From: Candidatus Hadarchaeales archaeon
GTDB lineage: Archaea > Hadarchaeota > Hadarchaeia > Hadarchaeales > Hadarchaeaceae
DNA length: 23,809 nucleotides
Direction of reading: 5' to 3'
NCBI GenBank assembly: GCA_038872135.1
Contig: JAVZGN010000016.1
Coordinates: 1-23,809, forward strand
Below the pieces are notes generated by a model. That model saw only the letters and a program-made list of their open reading frames with translations, was not told the DNA's origin and did not search any database. This document shows, in pieces, positions 11,173-18,448 of this stretch. How positions within the stretch are numbered: position 1 is the stretch's first letter; each line of letters starts with the position of its first letter. The translations under genes and the position numbers were made by a program.

Positions 11173-11361
11173 CTAGCGGAGGAGGGGGGTGATTACAATA
11201 TTTTCTACAACATTTTCGATATCGCTGCTGGTCGTTCTTCCGAGGCTCCAGGAAGCCAGAAAAATCATGCTGGCGATTGCCCCGACGACGATAAGCACCA
11301 CAGCTAGAAGTAACAAATATTCGCTAGCGACCTGAGCCCTCTGGTTTCCAGATTTTTTCAT
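11173..11361 (-). CDS. Short type IV pilin with class III signal peptide (DUF361-like)
   Basis: QRA|QVASEY followed by about 20 hydrophobic residues; Q+1, E+5. Confidence 0.85.
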   Translation of the reverse strand: MKKSGNQRAQVASEYLLLLAVVLIVVGAIASMIFLASWSLGRTTSSDIENVVENIVITPLLR

Positions 11362-11534
11362 AGCAGCTCCTTGTTATTTCTCGCTCACATGTTATTAAGG
11401 ATGGCGAGGCTTGGAGAACTGATTTCTTGCGGATAGTGAGAATCAGCCGGAAGAAAAGGAAGTGGTTGTCTGAAGTGGCGTTAGGAGGATTAGCCCAAGG
11501 ACAGCGAGGATATTGCCAGCCGTTTATTGGTAAT

Positions 11535-11921
11535 TCATGCCCTTATATTTATGTTGAAAACCTCACCCTGATATCTTATCTTCAGGATATCTCCGGGCAT
11601 GCTCCCATTGGCTGCAAAAGATGCCGGAACATTCCGCTCGAGGGTCAGCGGTCCAATTGCCCAATCTGTGTCTGGAGGGTAGATTCGAGAAGCCTCCCGA
11701 TAAACGGAATAGGACCATGTTTCTGAGTAAAGGATAGGAGGAGTCATGATTGTCGAGGGGATAAAAATCACGTTGTCACCATTCATTTTCGCTTCACCGT
11801 AAATGCCAATAGATGATGGCCTGACTGCGGATAAGTATGCGATGCCTCCAGCGACGACAAATAGAACAATCGCCAGAATCAGCTTGTACTCGGTTGCCCC
11901 CTGTCCAATCTTTTCGATCAT
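11535..11921 (-). CDS. Type IV pilin-like protein, paralogue of 11976-12362
   Basis: KIG|QGATEY plus hydrophobic helix; full-length similarity to the neighbouring pilin. Confidence 0.82.
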   Translation of the reverse strand: MIEKIGQGATEYKLILAIVLFVVAGGIAYLSAVRPSSIGIYGEAKMNGDNVIFIPSTIMTPPILYSETWSYSVYREASRIYPPDTDWAIGPLTLERNVPASFAANGSMPGDILKIRYQGEVFNINIRA

Positions 11922-11936
11922 GATACAATAGAAGAT

Positions 11937-11956
11937 GAAAAAGAAAAATAAAAAGG
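11937..11956 (-). terminator. Oligo-T terminator downstream of the first pilin gene
   Basis: Minus strand reads CCTTTTTATTTTTCTTTTTC about 20 nt after the stop codon. Confidence 0.6.
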
Positions 11957-11975
11957 TTTGGTTTTTTATGAGCGC

Positions 11976-12362
11976 TTATGCGCTAACAGTGGCCGCGTCA
12001 GGCAGGGCCGAACCCTTGTACCAGAGTTTTACCACATCTCCAATCTGTGGCGTCTGGCTGCAGCTGAGAGAGATCGGTATATTCTTCACTAGGTTTCCTG
12101 GCCCCGCCGTTCTGTTCTGAATCGCAGTTGCGCCACGGTATACTGCATATTCCCAGTCTGCCGCAGGGATGTTTTCTGGACATCCAACCATCGATGTTGG
12201 AGTGAAGATGACATTGCTACCACTGATTGTCGCAGATCCGGTTATCGTTGCGGATGGTGCGGCAGTTGTTATGTAGTATACAGCAATTGCGACGATGACC
12301 AGCACAGCGGCGAGCATCAGCAAGTACTCAGTAGCGCCCTGTCCCTTCTTACCCATTTTCAT
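11976..12362 (-). CDS. Type IV pilin with class III signal peptide (probable major pilin)
   Basis: KKG|QGATEYLLMLAAVLVIVAIAVYY; strong GGAGGTG ribosome-binding site; TATA-like CTTTAAAA (minus strand) at 12397-12404. Confidence 0.9.
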   Translation of the reverse strand: MKMGKKGQGATEYLLMLAAVLVIVAIAVYYITTAAPSATITGSATISGSNVIFTPTSMVGCPENIPAADWEYAVYRGATAIQNRTAGPGNLVKNIPISLSCSQTPQIGDVVKLWYKGSALPDAATVSA

Positions 12363-12480
12363 CCATACACCTCCACACTTTCTTTGGAATAGGCGGTTTT
12401 AAAGATATCCCAGCACCTGTGGGAAAAAGTCGACATTTTTGTAGAGATATAAAATAAGAGGGAAAATATTTTCGGGGAAA

Positions 12481-13032
12481 TTGAGGATCATAAGCTCCAT
12501 TGGAAAGGCCACCAACGTGCGCAAAGCTTTGGAAAAGGTCACAGAAGAAATCAACGGCATTTTAAGGAGAATCCCGGGTAGAATAGCAAAAATGGACGCA
12601 AGTGTAGATGTTGGTGTGACGGGAGCCACATGCAGGATAATGGTAACAGTTGACGAGAAGGAGTTTGCCAACAAATACATAGTCTGGACGAATGAACCTG
12701 GAAAGGATGAAAATGCCGCATTGGTAAACGCTCAGTCGAAGATAAACCAGCTGATCAGAGATGTGAGGGGAGAAGTCGCGGGATTCTATGTCAAATCAAT
12801 TTCTCCTCCTCTGCTCCCTCGCACATACACGACAATTATTCTTGGGGTAAATGAGAATCTCAAAGAAAAAAGAGATTTTTCAGCAGAAGAGCGCCGGGAG
12901 CTCCTTTCAACAGCAATTCACATGCTCGGCGGTGACCCATCTGCGGTGAACATAACCCAAGTGGCGAAAGCATTTGAAGTTTCACGCGACACCATCTATG
13001 AGGATTTAAAAAAACTGGGATTTAAGCGCTAG
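12481..13032 (+). CDS. Uncharacterised protein with C-terminal helix-turn-helix
   Basis: NITQVAKAFEVSRDTIYEDLKKL is HTH-like; TATAAAAT at 12448-12455 lies upstream of the TTG start. Confidence 0.78.
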   Translation: MRIISSIGKATNVRKALEKVTEEINGILRRIPGRIAKMDASVDVGVTGATCRIMVTVDEKEFANKYIVWTNEPGKDENAALVNAQSKINQLIRDVRGEVAGFYVKSISPPLLPRTYTTIILGVNENLKEKRDFSAEERRELLSTAIHMLGGDPSAVNITQVAKAFEVSRDTIYEDLKKLGFKR

Positions 13033-13967
13033 ACTTTCGGTGCCATGCCCGCGATTATAATCTGTGCCAATGTGAACACCACCGCTGAAACAATTAAGAA
13101 GATTATCGAGTATTTTATTCCCTTGGCCATCTTTCCAAACCTTATGATCCCCACTGCCAATCCACATACAAATGACTGAATCATCACATATCCCATCGCG
13201 ATCATTGACATCTCTGGCGGGAGTTTGGCGGCGGTGGCCGGTCCACGACCCATCGAAATTCCGCCGACTCCAACGGTCAGCCCAATGATGAAGGGGCAGG
13301 CGAAAAGGGCGACGGCAAAGAGGAACATCACCTGTTGCGTTGTTAGTGTCTTTCTCTCCCGCTGAATCGCGTGGGTTTCCTTGGTATCATTTGCGACCGC
13401 TTCTAGAACGCTGGCGAGCGCCGCACCCCTCTCAATCCCCTCAACGATCAACCTGAATGCTCTGTCGTAAAGGGGGGATTGAGACCTCCTGGCGAGGGCC
13501 AGTAGTGCACTTTCTAAAGTTCGCCCCTTGCTCACTTCGTTTAACACCCTCTGGAATTCCTTTGAGAGTTCCCCATACTTGGACTTGGCGATATCCTCGA
13601 GGGCACCGTCTATGCTCACCCCCGCCCTCAAAGTGCTCGCCATCTGTCTGAGGGCATCTGGAAGATATTTTTCAAGCTCGGACGCCCTCGCCTGAGCAAG
13701 TTGCCCGGGAAGGATGAGCACAAGCGTAGGGAATGCAATCACCGCAGCGACGGGGACGAGGAAGATCGATGGAACTGGCAGTGCAACAAAGATGCCTACG
13801 ATCCCGACCGCAATACATACAATGATTGTGATCATAATTGAGGTTGCCACATATTCTTCAGCCGAGAGGGCAACTTTGGTTGATATCAGCTTTCTTTCTA
13901 AGTCGGTCAGGAATTTTTCTGGAAATGTTTTTTTAACGATTTCCGCAAGTTTGGTTAGGACGCCCAT
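13029..13967 (-). CDS. Type II secretion system F family (TadC-like) pilus membrane platform protein
   Basis: LEKYLPDALRQMASTLRAG, YGELSKEF and ERGAALASVLEAVA motifs with TM helices; start reset to ATG 13967. Confidence 0.92.
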   Translation of the reverse strand: MGVLTKLAEIVKKTFPEKFLTDLERKLISTKVALSAEEYVATSIMITIIVCIAVGIVGIFVALPVPSIFLVPVAAVIAFPTLVLILPGQLAQARASELEKYLPDALRQMASTLRAGVSIDGALEDIAKSKYGELSKEFQRVLNEVSKGRTLESALLALARRSQSPLYDRAFRLIVEGIERGAALASVLEAVANDTKETHAIQRERKTLTTQQVMFLFAVALFACPFIIGLTVGVGGISMGRGPATAAKLPPEMSMIAMGYVMIQSFVCGLAVGIIRFGKMAKGIKYSIIFLIVSAVVFTLAQIIIAGMAPKV

Positions 13968-13971
13968 TTCA

Positions 13972-15063
13972 TCACAACCTTGGCTCAAACCTCTTTATCA
14001 TGAGAACGAAGTAGACGAGGAGGAAGGGCAGCAGAATCAAATAGAAGACAGCGGCCGTTGATGGAGAAAGCCCCCCACTCCCTCCTCTCGCAGAAATCAT
14101 GAAGACCACCATGAGCATAGACGGGACAACGGCGGAGAGGAACATGTAGAGAAGGGTCATCATGTTAAGGGATTGCACATAGTCCCTTAGCTTCATGCGC
14201 ATCTCAAAAGCTGTGTCGTCTGCAAGAGAGTTCAGGGTTTTAGAGATATCGCCGCCGGTTCTGAGGGTTCTCTGAATCTGGCGAATGGCCCTTCTCAAAG
14301 GCTCGGAATTCACCCTCATGTCCATCGCCGCAAGGGCCTCCTCCATGCTCATCCCGGCGTTCATGTCATTGATCGCCCTTTCAAACTCCTCTGAAAGAGC
14401 CCCATACTTGGCCTTGCTGACTGAAACCATCGTTTCCGGGAGGCCTATGCCCGAGGCCAGCTGGGTGGCCATGTGTCTGAGTGCAAATGGCAATGTCCTG
14501 TTGACCTCCACAGATCTGGCTCTGGCCCTCCTTCCGGGATAGGACTTTGCAAACATGAATGAAAAAAGAAATGAGAGAAGTGACCCGATCATGAGGAAGA
14601 CGAAGGGTGCCCTGAGCATCACAAGAAGACCAACAGCAATTACGGTCACAATAATGCTCACCCCAATGATGTATGCAGCAAACTTCTCTGGGGGGATTTT
14701 TATATTTGCCCGGTAGAGGTCTGTGCTTAGCCCCTTCATGGAGTCTGCTAGCCTAGTTGCCGGCTTCTTCAGCACACCATAAAAAATATCTGAAAGCCTC
14801 TCCGAAAGGGGCCTTTTCAGCTCAACCCTTTCCTCCCACTTCTTCTCCTCCATCTCAAGCTTCATCGCTTCTCTTCTATCCTCTTCCCTGAGAAGCTCCA
14901 GCTGCTTTATCTCCTCAAGCCTTCTAGCAACTTCATCCTTCGGCTTTACAGGCTTTGCTGCTTTGGATACTTGAGCAATTTTTGTTGTAGCCTCGCCTGT
15001 CTTGACGACGAAATTTCCAATGGCTGAAAGAAATTTCAGAAAGCCGCCCTTTTTCCTGGCCAT
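13972..15063 (-). CDS. Type II secretion system F family (TadB/TadC-like) pilus membrane platform protein
   Basis: LPFALRHMATQLASGIG, YGALSEEF and RTGGDISKTL motifs; long charged N-terminal extension. Confidence 0.92.
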   Translation of the reverse strand: MARKKGGFLKFLSAIGNFVVKTGEATTKIAQVSKAAKPVKPKDEVARRLEEIKQLELLREEDRREAMKLEMEEKKWEERVELKRPLSERLSDIFYGVLKKPATRLADSMKGLSTDLYRANIKIPPEKFAAYIIGVSIIVTVIAVGLLVMLRAPFVFLMIGSLLSFLFSFMFAKSYPGRRARARSVEVNRTLPFALRHMATQLASGIGLPETMVSVSKAKYGALSEEFERAINDMNAGMSMEEALAAMDMRVNSEPLRRAIRQIQRTLRTGGDISKTLNSLADDTAFEMRMKLRDYVQSLNMMTLLYMFLSAVVPSMLMVVFMISARGGSGGLSPSTAAVFYLILLPFLLVYFVLMIKRFEPRL

Positions 15064-15073
15064 ATCCCTCTGC

Positions 15074-16738
15074 CTACTTCTCCTTCTTTATCTGCTTCAT
15101 GATGCTTTCCGGGTCCCTGTAGTATTGCTGGATCACCTTTCCAACTTCAAAAACATTTCTGATGCCTTTGTTTTTCATCCACTCCAGAATCGCCGCCCTC
15201 TTCTCTATTTCTATCTCGATGTCCCTCCCGCTCATCCCGCTGAATTCTGAGATAGTTCTTTTGACCTTGCTCGGGACACCAGTGGCCACAAGTTTGTCTT
15301 CCCTGGCATCCCACTTGAAAATCCTGCTTAGCTGGGGCTGTCCTTCTTCAACTCCCGTTACCTCAGCCACCTCCGTGACCCTTCTTATTGAACCCTTCTG
15401 CCTGTGGTAAATCCTGTTTTGCATGATTATCAGGTCGAGAGCTGGGATCATTATCGCCGGGACAGACATCGGTGGCTCCATGAGCCTGGAAATGGTCTCG
15501 GAGGCGCTGTTTGCGTGGAGGGTGCCCATACAGCCGTCATGCCCGGTGTTCATGGCAACGAACATTGTGTGTGCCTCCGCTCCCCTGACCTCACCAACCA
15601 CTATCCTGTCGGGCCTCATCCTGAGGGTGTTTTTCACCAAGTCGTTCATCGTTATTTCCCCCTTTCCCTCAACATTTGGGGGGCGGGTTTCCATTCTAAT
15701 CCAGTGTTTGTGAGGAAGCTGGAGCTCCGCCGTGTCCTCTATGCTGATAATTCTTTCTGTGGCAGGAACGAAGTTGACTGCGGCGTTGAGGGTTGTGGTT
15801 TTTCCACTGCCTGTTCCTCCAGAGATTATCAAATTGGCGGGTTTGACTCCAAGACCATCGACAGCCAGCCAGAGGAAGGCCGCAAAATCCACGGACATTG
15901 TTCCGAAGTTTATGATGTCTATGATGCTGAGGGGATCCTTCCTGAACTTCCTGATGGAAATGGTTGGTCCATCAAGAGAAACCGGAGGAATTGTTGCATT
16001 CACCCTGCTGCCGTCTGCCAGGCGCGCGTCGAGAAGGGGAGTTTGCTGATCTATCCTCCTCCCCACCATTCTCGCCATTTTGTCTATGAGATATTTTATT
16101 GAGTCATCGTCAGGGAAGACGATGTTTGTGGCGCACATCCCAAATTTTCTGTGGTAGACATACACCGGCTTGTTGGTTCCAGTCACCATGATGTCTTCAA
16201 GCTGGTCGTCTGCCAGCAGTGGATCGAGCAGACCAAAACCTATCATGTCGTGGACGGCAATCTCCCCAAGCTGCCTGAGCCTTCCGGGCGGGAGACGAAG
16301 TCCCCTAGCTTCTCTTTCGAGAATCTTTATTACTCCTTGGCTGAAGATTCTGTTGAGCTCTACCGGGTCTGTTAGGTCTGGGGCGACTTTTATCTCCTCG
16401 ACCGCTATCTCCTTCACCTTCTTTAGAAGTTCCCTTTCCTTTGGTGTCAGCTCGGGGATTCTGACCTTATAGATTGGGACATCCTCCCCTTCGACGGAGA
16501 TTATCTCAACATCTTTGTATGCCGCAAGGGTTTTTCCTGCAACCGGAACCTTTGCCTCTATTTTTGTAGGTTCTGGCGTAGGCATTACCGGTGTTGGGAG
16601 CAGTTTTTCAGGTGGTGCTTCTTTCTCGGCAGGCTTTTCTAGCGGGAGGGGTCCGCCCAGGATATCAGATAGAAGGCCGCCTTCGCCATGGAGAAGGCCT
16701 ATTCCTTTTTCATCTCTTTTTACCTTCTTTTTCGCCAA
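15074..16738 (-). CDS. CpaF/TadA-family pilus assembly ATPase
   Basis: Walker A GGTGSGKTT, IEDTAEL, LRMRPDRIVVGEVRG and His box GHDGCMGTLHA; TTG start. Confidence 0.96.
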   Translation of the reverse strand: MAKKKVKRDEKGIGLLHGEGGLLSDILGGPLPLEKPAEKEAPPEKLLPTPVMPTPEPTKIEAKVPVAGKTLAAYKDVEIISVEGEDVPIYKVRIPELTPKERELLKKVKEIAVEEIKVAPDLTDPVELNRIFSQGVIKILEREARGLRLPPGRLRQLGEIAVHDMIGFGLLDPLLADDQLEDIMVTGTNKPVYVYHRKFGMCATNIVFPDDDSIKYLIDKMARMVGRRIDQQTPLLDARLADGSRVNATIPPVSLDGPTISIRKFRKDPLSIIDIINFGTMSVDFAAFLWLAVDGLGVKPANLIISGGTGSGKTTTLNAAVNFVPATERIISIEDTAELQLPHKHWIRMETRPPNVEGKGEITMNDLVKNTLRMRPDRIVVGEVRGAEAHTMFVAMNTGHDGCMGTLHANSASETISRLMEPPMSVPAIMIPALDLIIMQNRIYHRQKGSIRRVTEVAEVTGVEEGQPQLSRIFKWDAREDKLVATGVPSKVKRTISEFSGMSGRDIEIEIEKRAAILEWMKNKGIRNVFEVGKVIQQYYRDPESIMKQIKKEK

Positions 16739-16847
16739 GGGTGCACCAAATATTCATCCATCCCAACCTAAAAGTATTTATTGATGCCCAACCCCCTGAA
16801 AAAGCCTCTTAAATATCCCGGGGGAGAAGAGATTTGGAGGTGGATAA

Positions 16848-17204
16848 ATGAGACCTAAGCCAATAACAGTCCAAGACCTCCCGAGCACTCCAGAGGTTTT
16901 CCTCGGTCTATCGGGGCTACTGGTGTTGATTGCCGGTGCTTCAGAAGGCGCCATCCCCGCAGTGATTCAGGGGTTGATAATGTGCGGCAGTGCTCTGATC
17001 TCCCTCGGCTTTGTCGAAAGCCCTCTGCTCAGGGGAATGTTCTCAATGCTGACGGTTTCCACAGTTTTCGGTGTCGTGCTGTTCTTCCATTGGCTGGAGG
17101 AGGTGTGGTCGCGTGCACACCTCTGGCAGACTTGGGTGATTTTCATCGCTGCCCTACTTTCCCTTTACGCTGCCTGGCGGGGGGTTTTACTAAGGAGATT
17201 CTGA
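16848..17204 (+). CDS. Hypothetical membrane protein (about 4 TM)
   Basis: GGAGGTG RBS and TTAAATA promoter element upstream; hydrophobic sequence. Confidence 0.75.
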   Translation: MRPKPITVQDLPSTPEVFLGLSGLLVLIAGASEGAIPAVIQGLIMCGSALISLGFVESPLLRGMFSMLTVSTVFGVVLFFHWLEEVWSRAHLWQTWVIFIAALLSLYAAWRGVLLRRF

Positions 17205-17213
17205 AGTGGTCGG

Positions 17214-17426
17214 ATGGCAGAGTGCCCAACGTGTGGAAAGCCTCTCAGCCAGCCCATAGTCAAGTGCGTGAAATGTGGGGTGGAGATCCATAGGGGGTGT
17301 GCCAAGAAGACCATGGGAAAATTTTACTGCAGGCAACACTACCGGGAGGGAAAGAAGATGGCGAGATATGAGAAGATGGCGCAGATGGATGCCCTCGGCC
17401 AGAAAGCTCCGAGGAAACTGTGGTGA
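17214..17426 (+). CDS. Small zinc-finger protein, C4HC2H ligand pattern
   Basis: C-x2-C-x10-C-x2-C-x4-H-x2-C-x9-C-x2-H; starts 9 nt after the upstream stop. Confidence 0.8.
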   Translation: MAECPTCGKPLSQPIVKCVKCGVEIHRGCAKKTMGKFYCRQHYREGKKMARYEKMAQMDALGQKAPRKLW

Positions 17427-17454
17427 TTTTAACTTCTTTTATCAAAGTTTTTTT

Positions 17455-17542
17455 GCAGGGGTAGCCAAGCCTGGTCTAAGGTGCGGGGCTTAGGACCCCG
17501 TGGCGAAGGCCTTCGTGGGTTCAAATCCCACCCCCTGCACCA
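17455..17542 (+). tRNA. tRNA-Leu(TAG), intron-less, CCA encoded
   Basis: Acceptor GCAGGGG/CCCCTGC-A-CCA; anticodon arm CGGGG-CT-TAG-GA-CCCCG (TAG 17491-17493); long variable arm; T arm GTGGG-TTCAAAT-CCCAC. Confidence 0.97.
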
Positions 17543-17651
17543 GTTCTGAAGCCGGGACAGGGTTTTCGCGGATGGAAGGCTTTCGCCAAATGCCTCTAGG
17601 CGGTAGAGATGATTTTAATATCCCGGGAAGAAAGATAGATGAGGTGAAAAG

Positions 17652-17885
17652 ATGGTTAAGGCGTACAGTCTGATTTCGGCTGAGCCGGGAAAAACTGCAG
17701 AAGTTTTTGCAAAGGTCAAGGCAGTCGAGGGCGTGAAATCTGCTGAAGCTGTTGCTGGGCCATATGACATTGTGGCGCGGATAGAGGTGAGTTCGCTGGA
17801 GAAGCTGACGAAAACTGTTTTTGGGGAGATCAGGGGAATCCCCGGCGTGACCAACACTACTACATTGATTGTGGTTGAACTCTAA
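17652..17885 (+). CDS. Stand-alone Lrp/AsnC ligand-binding (RAM) domain protein
   Basis: AYSLI...PGK, VAGPYDIVA and IRGIPGVTNTTTLI motifs; GAGGTG RBS; no HTH. Confidence 0.9.
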   Translation: MVKAYSLISAEPGKTAEVFAKVKAVEGVKSAEAVAGPYDIVARIEVSSLEKLTKTVFGEIRGIPGVTNTTTLIVVEL

Positions 17886-18448
17886 TGATCGTCATAGGCT
17901 TGGTAGGGCTGCAGGGCTCCGGCAAGACAGAGACAGTGAAGGTGCTCGAGAGGCTTGGAGCAGAATGGGTCAGAATGGGAGATGTTGTTTGGAAGGAGCT
18001 TGAGAAAAGGGGTCAGGAGATAAACGAGGCAAATGTTGGAAGACTGGCGGAAGAGCTGAGGAAAGTCGAGGGGATGGGAGCAGTAGCCAAGAGGTGTGTC
18101 CCGATCATCCGGGAGAAGAAGAGTGATGTCGTTGTTGTGGACGGGATTCGGGGGATAGCGGAGGTTGAAGAGTTCAGGAAGGCTTTTGGCGACGATTTCC
18201 ATCTCTGGGCTGTGTGGGCGAGCGAGAGGGACAGGTACTCCAGGATAGCTGGAAGAAAAAGACAGGACGATGTTACCGGGCTTGAGGAGTTCAGGAGAAA
18301 GGACAGGAGGGAGCTTGGGTGGGGGCTGGGAGAGGCCTTTGCTTTGGCTGAGGTGATGATAGTCAACGATGGAAGTCTTGAGGACCTGAGGAAAAAAGTT
18401 GAGAAGGCGTTTCTTGAGACGGTGGGGAAGGTTGAGGGTAAGAGTTAG
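17885..18448 (+). CDS. UPF0200 P-loop nucleotide kinase-like protein (dephospho-CoA kinase-like)
   Basis: GLVGLQGSGKT, RMGDVV, VVDGIRG, R.DD....F..KD.RELGWG and IVNDGS motifs. Confidence 0.85.
   Translation: MIVIGLVGLQGSGKTETVKVLERLGAEWVRMGDVVWKELEKRGQEINEANVGRLAEELRKVEGMGAVAKRCVPIIREKKSDVVVVDGIRGIAEVEEFRKAFGDDFHLWAVWASERDRYSRIAGRKRQDDVTGLEEFRRKDRRELGWGLGEAFALAEVMIVNDGSLEDLRKKVEKAFLETVGKVEGKS

Noticed and set aside
11399-11521. 5S rRNA, suggested by the ~120-nt three-way fold
   Set aside because: Conserved 5S motifs such as CCGAAC in loop C are absent on both strands
11173-12362. Diversity-generating retroelement or cassette-switching pilin variation
   Set aside because: Pilin paralogues are too diverged at DNA level; no reverse transcriptase, recombinase or template/variable repeat pair seen
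10376-16738. Archaellum operon
   Set aside because: No archaellin-type N-termini or FlaH/FlaF/FlaG; two TadC-like genes and Q+1 pilins indicate a pilus
17455-17650. tRNA-Leu as an integration site of a mobile element
   Set aside because: No integrase nearby and no direct repeat of the tRNA 3' end seen in the window; flanks are housekeeping-type genes
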